NCBI GenBank assembly: GCA_040954595.2
Contig: CM082577.2
Span: 13,151,903 to 13,215,902 of the forward strand
Length of the DNA stretch: 64,000 nt
From: Balanoglossus misakiensis
Taxonomy: Eukaryota; Animalia; Hemichordata
Reading direction: 5' to 3'
Shown: positions 52,501 through 60,609 of the stretch, piece by piece
Numbering within the stretch: the first letter of the stretch is position 1
Layout of the letters: every line of letters starts with the position of its first letter
Notes under the pieces: model-generated
What the model saw: only the letters and a program-made list of their open reading frames with translations
Told to the model about the DNA's origin: nothing
Database searches by the model: none
Translations under genes and position numbers: made by a program

Positions 52501-55500
52501 GACAAAAGCTTACTATTTTCTCAACACCTCACTTATTGGTAGTTTTCATTTCATCTTTATTTTTCTCTGTGGCTTTTCTGTGAGTATAGTTGTGAATACT
52601 CATTCAACTTCTATATTGAAACACAAAAACGTATTTTTATGGGCATTTTTCGATAGATATGTGTTTTTCTTAATTTTCTCACCTTTTGCAATGTGTTAAT
52701 GCCTTTGAAACCTGCTTTTGTGAGTTCGTCAACCATGTTCGCATCCCCTTCGACAGCTGCCCAAAATACTGGACCAGCACCCTGCTTACACAAAATAAGC
52801 AATCAACTTAATCATGACCAAGTATCCACTGGATATACTCCCGTGACAATATTCAAATTAGCAATACATTCAATAAAACTGTACGTCATTTCACGGCAGT
52901 GTTTTTGATATGTGCGTCTGTGAGCTTGATATTTATGATAGGTTTTATTAATTTGGTGACGAATATTCTGTATATACCGATAGTTTCATTTTTCCTTTCA
53001 CAAACAATCATTACTAGATAGATCAGATGATCTTTGATGATTCATTAATAGGCAATTCAAGGTCGATGGCAGAGAAAGATCCAGACAGGCAGACAGACAG
53101 ACAGTCAGAAATGTGAGAAAATATTAGCAGTCATTTTGAACACTCGCGGGAGTTAAATTTGGACAAAAAGAACTAAATTACAGAAATAAAAGTGTTTGAT
53201 TAAGGTATAGATGCACGTTCGTTAGCTCTGGGAGTATTTTTTTTTATCTTTTCATACAAACACAGTCCTGGCTGGCTGTGGTACGCAGCTGTACCGTTGG
53301 GGCGGGGCTGATTACTTTCACGGACAGCTGCGGGCCGACCCTCATACTAATCGTGCAGTTGCAATGACACGACTGGTCCCAAAACTCCTTTCGTGAAAAA
53401 AATCACTGGTCTGTTTACGTATATAAGCCGACTACAACCCGAGATTAGCATGACTAACGGGACCTTGGGCAACAGTAGTGAGTAAGGGTCAAAGTCCGTT
53501 GCCGGCGTTTCAACCCGTGTACTCGGGCAGTACCCTTTGGAAAGTTGGCTGAAATACGTAAACAGACCAGTGATTTTTTCACGAAAGAAGTTTTGGGACC
53601 AGAAATAATCAGAGTTCAGGCTTGTATAGGGCGTTTTATTGAACTACGCTCACTTTGTTTTCTGTTGCGCGCCGTTCAAATGGTCCTACACCAGTCGTGT
53701 GGTTGCAACTGCACGATTAGAATGCGGGTTGGCCCGCAGCTGTCTGTGGGGGGGGGGGGGGGGGTAATCAGCCCCCCCCCCAACGGTACTGCTGCGTAAC
53801 ACAGCTAATTTATATGATGACCTAACTTCTAGACCTAACTTCTGGAGAGCTTAAACTTGGCAGTTTTTACTAACACTCCGTTGCAAAGACAAATTTCGAG
53901 CCGATCAAGCCAAGAATCGTACATATGGTATATGCTATATTTTCAGAAACCTCTTATGTTGAATTGTAAGATGTACAAAACATTTCATGAGCATTATGTT
54001 ACCTCCATAAAACAGAATAGCAGAAGTTATTGACACATCTGGGACTTAATTGTAGGCTAGCATATCGACAGGATAGTAACAGACACATCTCGAACCTATA
54101 TTTCGGTACAGGATTGAACACAATTATTTTACAGCCACGAGAAAAGTTCAGTTGTTTAATGTTTATTCATGTGGTTTGTGTATTCCATACACGGTGATGT
54201 CTTTCAGTTGTTAACATTGATTGCTACAGATTGATATGAACTTTTATAGAATACCTTTATTTACCTTAAAGATGTTTGTCATTTTCTTTTTTTTTTTTTT
54301 TTTCATTTGATAATATGCAACCGTCAGTGTTTTCCGTAAACAGCAATTTGAGCACCTCTGCATCGTGACGTTCTGCGGCATAGTACAGTGCGGTGAAGCC
54401 ATTCTGAAGGTGAAATAGATATAATGTTCCATTGGCCTTAGCTTAACATTATAAGGTTATGCATGGAGGTCGGGAAATTACCTGGTCCCATGGGGTTTGT
54501 AACTAGTGCGATCTTTATAAAAACGACTGTACCAAATCTGGTCAAACATGCTACACGTTTTGTTCATTGCTATAAACTACTGCGAAATGTACCATGGGCT
54601 TAGGCCCCTGTTGATATTGTCCGCTGTTTCCTTCTGCTTCTTCTTCTATATTTTTTATAAACCTAGAGCTTCAAAACGGCTAAATCTGAAACTTGCTAAA
54701 GTGCTCGAGTCCAATCAGTAGTCGTGCACTCGGCCCTTGAATTTCAATTAGTCGCGTGTAGGCTAATGAATTGAGCTGTAAGTTTAGTGCTTGATGCATG
54801 TGGACCAGTATTGGACTAAAATTGATGGCAAATTTCATGACCCCGATTGAACTCTGCTGACTTCATAAAATGTGGGGCAGTATTCAAAGGACATCCCAAG
54901 CTAATCCAAAATGTTGCCAAAATATGTTGATCCCCAAAACATACTTATAACCCTATTGGTTAGCCTAGATTTAGGTATGAACATAATGAATGAGGTCAAC
55001 ATAGGTCAAGCGGGTAAGTTTATATCTAATTCTAGACTTACCAGGTGAGGTTAAGGTCTGCTAGGCTAAAAGTCTAGTTTTGTTGGACATGGACCAGTAT
55101 GGGATCTATAATTTGGGCATAATTTTGGGGTGACCTTGGGATGAAATTTGACCTAACTTCCCATGTCTCACCATTCAGAGCAGATGTAGCCTGGTCTTTG
55201 GAGGGATGACACACATAATGGAGTCTTTCACCTGACCTCAATATGTGCATACAAATGTACCTAATTACGGACTAACAAATAGGGCTAACAGTCAGTTTTT
55301 GTTGGACATGGATCAGCTTCGGAACAGAATGCTTTTGAAAAATAAACAAGTTGACATGGGCATGACCCTTGACTTTATCTTATTTGGTTCATCTGCTTGG
55401 ACTCTGTCGATGGTATTTGCAGCCTTTATGGTATTTACCACTTGTATGAAAATTTGCAGAGTAAATTCATGAACATTAATGGACTTGGTCCAAACAGACG

Positions 55501-58500
55501 TCGTCTGACATGTCCATGCCAGGTGTGTTTACACCTGTGTGGGGTAAAGCTGTGATGTGTTCCGGCATGGACAGCAGCATTCCAAAGTAACATGCCAACA
55601 TGTTTATTAGTATATATAACGAAGTTTTGTCAAAGACTTTCAAGCATGTCAAACATCTATTCAATGTCTTCAACTGAAAATGTAGTCCTCAGAAAGGTTT
55701 CTTTTCAAATTTGCATCAAAACTTGCTCGAGTTTTGTAAGTCTTCTGTGATTATACGGCTTTGTTTCTCGTTGTCCAAAATGGCCCAGGTGAGCTAGCAA
55801 AAATGCACTATAGAACATGAACAATTTATCCAATATGCATATACATGTAATCATGTATACACATTTGGAGGACAAATAAGTTTTCCTAAGCGATTGTATA
55901 ACACATTGATCTTTATGTAGTATTAATGTATAAATAACTATAATGTCAAGGATGGCTCAAAGGAAGGTTATGATTACTTTTTGGTAATGTACTTGTTGTA
56001 TAACGGATTTACCTTATCCGGAATGTTACAGTCAGCTTTGCGATCTAATAAATATTTCACTGTTTCTGTCTGGTTTTCGCAATGACATGCTGTTAGCAAC
56101 GGGGTACTACCATCCTGCAATTTAAATGAGAAGAAATAAGTTCATGTATCACATCTCATTCTAAAAAAACTAGGGTCAAAAGTATACATTACTGTATAGT
56201 ATTATTACTGTCGCGTGCGCTGATATTGCCCGCTTGGTTGTTTTGGTTTTCTGCGCACGACCTCTGCGCGTTCCAAACTGTCGTTCAATGGCTTCCTCCA
56301 CGATCAGTCAACTCCCGCATCTATGGCTTCAAAGCGACACATAGGATTAACACCTGTTCAACTGGACGATATTTTACCGCAAACGGACAGTAAATACAAC
56401 AAAATCGCAACCAACAGTGCAGTATTTTCAAAATAATCTAAGTTCGAAGTAGGTATCGTATAATTCTTGTGAGATCGAGACATTTTACATTCTCAGCAAC
56501 ATACGACATATGGACGCGCGTCTACGTTCTTCTATGCCTGCCTTGTATGTACGTTCAAATGTTCGGCGTAATAAAATTAATAACACATGATGCTCGGGCA
56601 ACATCACGATTTGAAGCCTGCCCTCGGGCTGGTGATCTCTGACCACAATATTGATGATACCCTCGCCTGCGGCTCGGGCATCATCAATATTATAGTCAGA
56701 GATCACCATCCCTCGTGCAGGCTTCAAATCGTGATATTGCCCTCGCTATCATGTGTTATTATTTAATGGAAGTTCGCTGCAAGAACTGCTGGCAGAGAGC
56801 TCGATGGTGTAAATCAGAGCCTAATGGTAGATGTAGAAGGGAACTAGGGCTGTTTGACATACAGTAGGCGGTGTATGACTGGTCATTTTCGTGTAAGCAA
56901 GACCTACATGTGTCAGATAATGATGCCTATAGTGGGTACAAGTGTCGCTTTTGTTTCTATGTACAATGTAAGCAATGTAAAATAACACATTTCAAGTGTA
57001 AAAATATCGACAATCGACGATATGTTTTACCTGTGTACATCTTTTTCGAACCACCACTGCATCAAAACTGTCACGTTATCATTAGTGCTGAGCCAATGTT
57101 GTCACGTATGTAAATCTCACAGCGCTATTTTTTTTATCAAACTGAAGCGGCGAGCTTTTTATAATATGCGACAAAGGTAGAACCACAACCGTGAGCTCTA
57201 CCCTACAATTTCACACAAAATTTCTTATTTATGATCATAAGATACATTATAATTCATGTAGTCAAAACAGCCATAAACAGAAATCTCAATGTACTAAACG
57301 AAAGTAAACGAACTTTTGGGTTATCGCAAATCCATTTTTTTTTCTAAATTGCGTCCTTGTCATGTATCTTTTCACATCAGTTTTTAGTTTTTAGTTTTGC
57401 ATTTTTAAGGGATGTGTAAATGCTGAAATAGCGATGATAACACTAGCTTCCCCTTTCAATAACGCCATCACAGCACTGATTCATCAGAAAAAATCGGAGA
57501 TAATTATACCAAACTAACAATTGCGACTGTCAAATTATAAGTTATTATGAGTATATGTACCTCATCTTGAACATTCGGATTTGCACCATTATCCAGTAAG
57601 AGTTTAACCGTTTCTGGTCCTCTAGCAGTAATGGCAAGATGCACTGGAGTTCTCTTATCCTAAAAATGATTAGATATGAGTATAAAACATTGAAATGCAT
57701 AAAATATAAAGACAGTTACCACTGTTATAAAACATATTTTAATTCCTGCGTACTCTAAACGGACGGATACTTTCTCAAAGACCGAATCAACTCCATGGTT
57801 CCATATATTCTTGTGTATGGGAGTCCATATGATGACTATCATTTTTTGCAATATAAAGAGATGTGTAAATGCTGAAATAGCGATGATAACACTAGCTTCC
57901 CCTTTCAATAACGCCATCACAGCACTGATTCAGAAAAAATCGGAGATAATTATACCAAACTAGCAATTGCGACTGTCAAATTATAAGTTATTATGAGTAT
58001 ATATACCTCATCCTGAACATTCGGATCTGCAGCACTATCCGGTAAGAGATTAACCGTTTCTGGTCCTCTAGCGGTAATGGCAAGATGCGCTGGAGTTCTC
58101 TCATCCTGAAAAATGAGTGTATTATTACATATATTGTATTGAATTTATTGAATGTGAGCAACAATAAAATATAGCATGATAACACTAGCCTCTCCTTTCA
58201 ACAAACATTGCAGCACTTTTAAAGATACATTCCGTGTATACTTTTGCTCAGATGTTTACATAGGCGATAGTAAATTATGTTATTCTATGAGTATATCTAC
58301 CTTATCCTGAACATTCGGATCTGCACCTTTATTCAATAAGAGTTTATCTGTTTCTGTTCCTCCGGCAGTTATGGCAAGATGCAGAGGAGTTTTTTTATCC
58401 TAAAAATGATTACATATGAGTATTGAATGGGAGCAACAATAAAACATTGCAATGCATAAAATAAAGGAAATTACCGTTGCTATACAAACATATTTTAAAC

Positions 58501-60201
58501 CCCGTGTATACTCTGAACGGGCTGTTACTTTCGCAAAGGCGAAATCAAATCCGTGCTTCCATAAAGTCTTGTGTATGGGAGTGCCGATGATTATCATTTT
58601 TTGGCAAGAGATGTGTAAATGTTGAGATAGCGGTGATAGTTTTAGTCTCTCCCTAAAACAACGACATCGCAGCACGGATGCAGAAAACAGACATTGATAG
58701 ATCATTTTACGTATCTGGCAATTTCATGATTCTTCATGTCTCACGAGTTTACATATGCGATTGTAACATTATTATGAGTACGTGTAGACTAAGAAAATGG
58801 ATAGAATGGTTTATATACAATTCATGTGCCAACCTTTCTTGCCTTGTTTATCTCAGCCCCGTTATGCAGAAGAATCCTGACAATTTCACTGTGATTTCCT
58901 TGGGCCGCCTCGTGCAAGGCATTGCTTTCCTGTTCCTGCAAAATATTGTGTTATAGTTATGCCATTGGCAAATGGAAAGACTTGTGGCTATTGTTCCAGG
59001 GCATCGGCTGTCATCCCAATTGTTCCTCCTTAAGCCCCGACCAGCCATGAATGTATTCATGTATTCTCCTGTAAACATCTGCACATAATTATCTGTCATG
59101 TCATGAAATTCCCCCAGTTGCAACTGATGCTGCCTATTCATTTTATCTCGGCCCGCATCCGATAAATGTATTTAAACTCTACAGAGACCAAATTTCTCAT
59201 CCATGCAACTTATGATATTATTACTTTGTATGACTTCACTGTACCAGGTACATATGTCCACAGAATTGGAGTCAGATTGTGACGGGGCATTGTGGCAACC
59301 CATGACATTGAATGTACCTTCACTCAAATGGATATGAGAGCAGCATTCCTCTTATGTCAACTTCCATACATCATATGTTAATATTAAAAGTAACAAGGCT
59401 GTTGACGATGTGCCTTATATTAATACAAGAGCACATTCGATCTCTTCCTATGCAACGCCTGATTATTCTTTGAGAGATTTAAGGCCCCATGTGATCCACC
59501 CCTAAATGTTTTATGGCCGCATCAGATGCATGAGCGCATTTCTTTGACTCTGACAGGTTGGAAAACTTATTTTGAGCAACCCAACAGTGAAGTATCATTA
59601 AATGTCAAGATGATATTGCCTATATATATATGACTTATCAAGAACCCTGCATATTAAATTCTTAGGTCATAGAAGCAGAAATACGCCAGATTTGTCAAAA
59701 GTTTAGGTCTCACTATTTAATAAGAATTCTTTTTTTAAATCAATCATATTTGAAACATTTCAGATGCATGTGGTCAAAACAGTATGTCCAATGTATTGAT
59801 TAGCCATCGATATTCTTCACTCAATATTTCATTTGCAACATCGTCGTGATATTTCGATGTGTTCATCCTACTGGCGAGTCTTTTCATCCTCCATATCCGT
59901 GTCAGTCAGGTACAAGGATCGAACGATGGATCAACATCTTCGAAAATAAAACGTGGTCAAATTTCGGGAAAAAATCTATAAATACCTTCCAGAATGTATC
60001 TGATGACAAATATGGCTTAGGTTTGCAATACACTACAAGAAACATGTAGTGAACGCCTCAAATCCAAACTTACAAACTTACCCCGACACCCTCGTTTATG
60101 TCTATGTTCTTGTTTTCTTTATTCTCATCCAGGATCCTCTTAACATCGTCAACATTTCCACCTGATACTGCACGGATCAGACTCTTTAACGCAGTTGGAT
60201 C
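11352..60201 (-). CDS. Large multi-exon ankyrin-repeat protein gene (47 phase-0 exons seen; start and stop not located)
   Basis: Exons of 96-147 nt bounded by AG/GT (one GC donor), each translating to one ankyrin-like repeat (TPLH-like...LL...GA.VN). All lengths are multiples of 3 except E7. Confidence 0.92.
11740..11847 (-). CDS. ankyrin gene exon E46
   Basis: 108 nt; PSSSNIEQLFWAVKEHDEVMVDGLVKAGVKIDDHLE. Confidence 0.87.
13035..13130 (-). CDS. ankyrin gene exon E45
   Basis: 96 nt; DGHTPLYCALKFRDIKSTRQLLNANACLHKNV. Confidence 0.9.
13317..13415 (-). CDS. ankyrin gene exon E44
   Basis: 99 nt; ACNTALHHAVKKKHSLVVKALIANKVDLNIDNK. Confidence 0.9.
13760..13858 (-). CDS. ankyrin gene exon E43
   Basis: 99 nt; AGMSVLHEVAANNFPKAVDVLLQAGSNKNQTDM. 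Confidence 0.9.
14137..15428. mobile_element. Crypton-like non-autonomous element (inverted-repeat body plus terminal hairpin), with a MITE nested in the hairpin
   Basis: IR ~14137-14158/14362-14382; hairpin arms 14383-14453 and 15369-15428; same architecture as 42498-43789. Confidence 0.6.
14459..15347. mobile_element. Tc1/mariner (pogo/Tigger-like) MITE, 889 bp
   Basis: TIR CAGTGAAACCTGGCAAAACCGACC / GGTCGGTTTTGCCAGGTTTTACTG; TA target duplication. Confidence 0.88.
15566..15682 (-). CDS. ankyrin gene exon E42
   Basis: 117 nt; DIQFPVECRPMCVAAAKYPHLDFVKALTDMGVDVNDTNQ; alternative acceptor would start the exon at 15673. Confidence 0.8.
15821..15916 (-). CDS. ankyrin gene exon E41
   Basis: 96 nt; NQCTPLYYAVQKKNARIVEVLLNAKANFIKEG. 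Confidence 0.9.
15960..16345. mobile_element. MITE-like element, ~386 bp
   Basis: ~33-bp TIR AACACAATGACATAGAAATCCCAATTTCCGAAAA / TTTTCGGAAATTGGGATTTCTATGTCGTTGTGTT; superfamily unclear. Confidence 0.75.
16551..16658 (-). CDS. ankyrin gene exon E40
   Basis: 108 nt; DVPSDLTVLHLMVQKEDSKYVELCLSLQANINALDK. Confidence 0.88.
17735..17839 (-). CDS. ankyrin gene exon E39
   Basis: 105 nt; TTMLHWAIENYECTVAETLVKAGQDINGIVLHLDK. Confidence 0.88.
17961..18062 (-). CDS. ankyrin gene exon E38
   Basis: 102 nt; DGYTALYYAAARSHVDVAKMLLDNKTTYLHRENK. Confidence 0.9.
19610..19708 (-). CDS. ankyrin gene exon E37
   Basis: 99 nt; DGRTALHHYAREGDVKAVGLLLRQNAKINTYSQ. Confidence 0.9.
19958..20065 (-). CDS. ankyrin gene exon E36
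   Basis: 108 nt; PWSCNIGQLFWATKLHEEEMVEDLVRAGVKIDDCLQ. Confidence 0.88.
20245..20340 (-). CDS. ankyrin gene exon E35
   Basis: 96 nt; DDQTPLWCALKMRDIKSVKQLLSASARLHKDV. Confidence 0.9.
20494..20577. mobile_element. piggyBac-like mini-MITE, 84 bp
   Basis: TTAA|CCCTTTCACC...GGTGAAAGGG|TTAA. Confidence 0.8.
20711..20809 (-). CDS. ankyrin gene exon E34
   Basis: 99 nt; YGLTPLHVSVQKNNKDIIKLLCESKANVDITDK. Confidence 0.9.
21130..21228 (-). CDS. ankyrin gene exon E33
   Basis: 99 nt; EGQSPLHTAIEKSDIEAAKILLQYGANVDKLDK. Confidence 0.88.
22001..22099 (-). CDS. ankyrin gene exon E32 (copy of E34)
   Basis: 99 nt, intact AG/GT. Confidence 0.82.
22420..22518 (-). CDS. ankyrin gene exon E31 (copy of E33)
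   Basis: 99 nt, intact AG/GT, one synonymous change. Confidence 0.82.
23294..23392 (-). CDS. ankyrin gene exon E30 (copy of E34)
   Basis: 99 nt, intact AG/GT. Confidence 0.82.
23710..23808 (-). CDS. ankyrin gene exon E29 (copy of E33)
   Basis: 99 nt, intact AG/GT, one synonymous change. Confidence 0.88.
24473..24619 (-). CDS. ankyrin gene exon E28
   Basis: 147 nt; TPSIESNGAIQPATSHILFCEAALHLRSKEAVRCLIEHGIDTEINKLGE. Confidence 0.82.
25517..25612 (-). CDS. ankyrin gene exon E27
   Basis: 96 nt; ECHTAFYYAVLNGCKGNAQLLRDAGGSFVPRR. Confidence 0.87.
26503..26610 (-). CDS. ankyrin gene exon E26
   Basis: 108 nt; EYPKDSTVLHVFSKKENPDAVRLCLKLNADVHQEDG. Confidence 0.88.
26797..27620. mobile_element. 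Degenerate MITE-like element with subterminal arrays of palindromic CTCGTAATTACGAG motifs
   Basis: Motif clusters at 26868-26990 and 27534-27572; degenerate terminal inverted similarity; boundaries approximate. Confidence 0.5.
27756..28208. mobile_element. PIF/Harbinger-like MITE, 453 bp, nested in a relative of the 56202-56760 element
   Basis: TIR GGGACTGGTCAGTTTC(T/A)TCAGC; TTA target duplication; flanks rejoin to match ~56317-56400. Confidence 0.85.
29180..29487. mobile_element. Crypton-like mini-element: ~143-bp terminal hairpin plus inverted-repeat-bounded body
   Basis: Near-perfect palindrome 29180-29322; IR 29327-29345/29469-29487; body contains GTCACGTG and CCAATCA. Confidence 0.7.
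29501..29602 (-). CDS. ankyrin gene exon E25
   Basis: 102 nt; ETSMHWAISNEQSNVAETLAAADDNLINAKIHKD. Confidence 0.87.
29770..30986 (+). mobile_element. Probable Helentron-associated non-autonomous repeat (degenerate core repeats plus CCAT microsatellite)
   Basis: Recurring AAATT(T)CAAAGCAATC...AGAGA cores, also at ~12590-12810 and ~17390-17480; (CCAT)n-like tract at 30933-30985; boundaries approximate. Confidence 0.45.
31082..31183 (-). CDS. ankyrin gene exon E24
   Basis: 102 nt; DGYTALYYAAEKSNEDVAKCLLRSRASVLMKDQK. Confidence 0.9.
31583..31681 (-). CDS. ankyrin gene exon E23
   Basis: 99 nt; DGRTLLHTFSESGNLQAVEFLLTNGADVSEYSK. Confidence 0.9.
31866..31979 (-). CDS. ankyrin gene exon E22
   Basis: 114 nt; GDGMPTSQLSWILDQGWQKYNKAATSLAKAVDVNAVMV; acceptor is weak. 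Confidence 0.75.
32436..32531 (-). CDS. ankyrin gene exon E21
   Basis: 96 nt; DKKTPLHVALWNKNDQIIEVLLGKKCKINPSV. Confidence 0.9.
33163..33261 (-). CDS. ankyrin gene exon E20
   Basis: 99 nt; KANTFLHVAVQYEKLEVIKWLLQKRINTDTMNK. Confidence 0.88.
34723..34824 (-). CDS. ankyrin gene exon E19
   Basis: 102 nt; DIFRCFKDAIQNDTGTNVIQMLLDGGADINMSDE. Confidence 0.87.
35389..35505 (-). CDS. ankyrin gene exon E18
   Basis: 117 nt; KGQIKDGHGALYIAASEYKDQAFVSILIQASKEMKCLDQ. Confidence 0.85.
38037..38135 (-). CDS. ankyrin gene exon E17
   Basis: 99 nt; ATNTPLYYAMKSKNVDCVKAILQKNGTLQMPGV. Confidence 0.89.
38431..38535 (-). CDS. ankyrin gene exon E16
   Basis: 105 nt; GPKNMTVLHLVSRDGDVLGVELCLKYNAYVNSVDE. Confidence 0.89.
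39132..39233 (-). CDS. ankyrin gene exon E15 (GC donor)
   Basis: 102 nt; TTLLHWAIAYEHSENIVKMLQSQKKIDEHIKPAQ; donor CAG|GCAAGT. Confidence 0.83.
40079..40180 (-). CDS. ankyrin gene exon E14
   Basis: 102 nt; DKKTALFHAAESQHGQVVNYLLNKKANTLHEENK. Confidence 0.9.
41694..42489. mobile_element. PIF/Harbinger-like MITE, 796 bp
   Basis: TIR GGCTGCATTCACAAACACCTCTG; 3-bp target duplication ATA; subterminal GGGGGGATTTGAAA repeats. Confidence 0.85.
42498..43789 (-). mobile_element. Internally deleted Crypton (DUF3504/KCTD1/ZMYM-like tyrosine recombinase) element with terminal hairpin
   Basis: Hairpin 42498-42660; perfect 21-bp IR 42663-42683/43769-43789; coding remnant inside. Confidence 0.8.
42925..43450 (-). 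pseudogene. Crypton recombinase remnant (N- and C-terminal parts only, frameshifted)
   Basis: DIDDFLKSQRK..., AVKQLREFL...ILDVYLSKFFIASR...DGSGYEPDTL.YQRGI, then GMFSGATMTECTIN and KRRAVIDDTSDSSQD; catalytic core missing. Family assignment is from motif recognition, not a search. Confidence 0.75.
44008..44109 (-). CDS. ankyrin gene exon E13
   Basis: 102 nt; NGLTVLHQFAKDGNSECVKLLLEKYYFDVNLFDK. Confidence 0.9.
44660..44782 (-). CDS. ankyrin gene exon E12
   Basis: 123 nt; QDTSFPAQFHWALSKKKTIIADNLKATAARGSKKNVKDTME. Confidence 0.78.
44980..46156. repeat. Inverted pair of ~400-bp repeat arms (each with two ~123-bp cores) around a ~360-bp spacer
   Basis: 44980-~45395 is the reverse complement of ~45755-46156; termini TAGTG...CACTA. 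Confidence 0.85.
46446..46541 (-). CDS. ankyrin gene exon E11
   Basis: 96 nt; GDRTPLYLAVEKNKSAAALFLLEKKAKIAQNV. Confidence 0.9.
46865..46963 (-). CDS. ankyrin gene exon E10
   Basis: 99 nt; DDKTPLHLASQFGTTEMIKLLVDNKADINPVDK. Confidence 0.92.
47254..50616. mobile_element. Foldback-type non-autonomous DNA transposon with ~830-bp TIRs built from ~120-bp subrepeats (possibly Sola3-like)
   Basis: 47261-~48093 is the reverse complement of ~49783-50609; termini GAG...CTC; no clear target duplication. Confidence 0.85.
51217..51632. mobile_element. TA-flanked MITE, 416 bp, with internal 107-bp tandem duplication
   Basis: 27-bp TIR CAGTGCAGCTTAGGAATAGCTTTCCAA; TA target duplication; direct repeat starting at 51284 and 51391. 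Confidence 0.88.
51889..52017 (-). CDS. ankyrin gene exon E9
   Basis: 129 nt; VNIANIGQTNNWSWLHVCSASDQVHVAKLLIENGKANVNIKGH. Confidence 0.85.
52683..52781 (-). CDS. ankyrin gene exon E8
   Basis: 99 nt (102 with the alternative NAGNAG acceptor); GAGPVFWAAVEGDANMVDELTKAGFKGINTLQK. Confidence 0.87.
53273..53807. mobile_element. Foldback MITE-like element with ~160-bp arms; right arm carries an ~88-bp insertion
   Basis: 53273-53435 is the reverse complement of 53543-53602 plus 53691-53807. Confidence 0.8.
54265..54403 (-). CDS. ankyrin gene exon E7 (frameshifted at an A17 run; donor uncertain)
   Basis: NGFTALYYAAERHDAEVLKLLFTENTDGCILSNE then poly-K; 139 nt to AAG|GTAAAT; one A fewer gives an open 138-nt exon. 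Confidence 0.7.
54588..55800. mobile_element. Probable Helentron-associated non-autonomous repeat(s)
   Basis: TAGCTCACCTG-type end on the minus strand at ~55788-55798; repeated TTGTTGGACATGGA(C/T)CAG and TGACC cores; boundaries approximate. Confidence 0.4.
56013..56114 (-). CDS. ankyrin gene exon E6
   Basis: 102 nt; DGSTPLLTACHCENQTETVKYLLDRKADCNIPDK. Confidence 0.9.
56202..56760. mobile_element. Crypton-like mini-element: body plus ~182-bp terminal hairpin
   Basis: Palindrome 56579-56760; short IR TTATTAC/GTAATAA at 56202 and 56568; diverged relative at ~27660-28490. Confidence 0.7.
57561..57659 (-). CDS. ankyrin gene exon E5
   Basis: 99 nt; DKRTPVHLAITARGPETVKLLLDNGANPNVQDE. Confidence 0.9.
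58007..58105 (-). CDS. ankyrin gene exon E4
   Basis: 99 nt; DERTPAHLAITARGPETVNLLPDSAADPNVQDE. Confidence 0.8.
58301..58399 (-). CDS. ankyrin gene exon E3
   Basis: 99 nt; DKKTPLHLAITAGGTETDKLLLNKGADPNVQDK. Confidence 0.88.
58834..58935 (-). CDS. ankyrin gene exon E2
   Basis: 102 nt; EQESNALHEAAQGNHSEIVRILLHNGAEINKARK. Confidence 0.9.
60082..60201 (-). CDS. ankyrin gene exon E1 as seen (N-cap-like repeat)
   Basis: 120 nt; DPTALKSLIRAVSGGNVDDVKRILDENKENKNIDINEGVG; donor GTAAGT. Confidence 0.85.
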
Positions 60202-60609
60202 CTTATAAAGATCATATAGTTATTATTTGAAAAGTCATGGAACTGCAAAACACAGACGCTTTTCATTAAAGGGGTCGCGAGAAATGTCGAATGGACAAAG
60301 AGATGCGTTGACGTATGCACGTATGAACACGCAGAGCCATACCTACAACCCCCTCCCCGCCCCTCTGACATTTATGTTATACAAGAATATATGGAAAAGA
60401 TATTTCTTTTGTTATGCAAACAAGCCTATGTACGAAAAGAATCCCTTTGTTTTATTCTCGATTATTTCACGCAATGTAATAATCATGGTTAATGTCACAG
60501 GATGACCTCATGCACCACACCACTTCTAATCATCCAAGTTTGCCTTATCCACCAAATGCAATCCGCATCACACCGTCCTTTCCACCAGCCGAATTCCAGC
60601 GTCCCTACG

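Noticed and set aside
11352-60201. Assigning ANK1/2/3, tankyrase, TRPA1/NompC or ANKRD28/44/52 identity
   Set aside because: Repeats are divergent and no diagnostic non-ankyrin domain is in the window.
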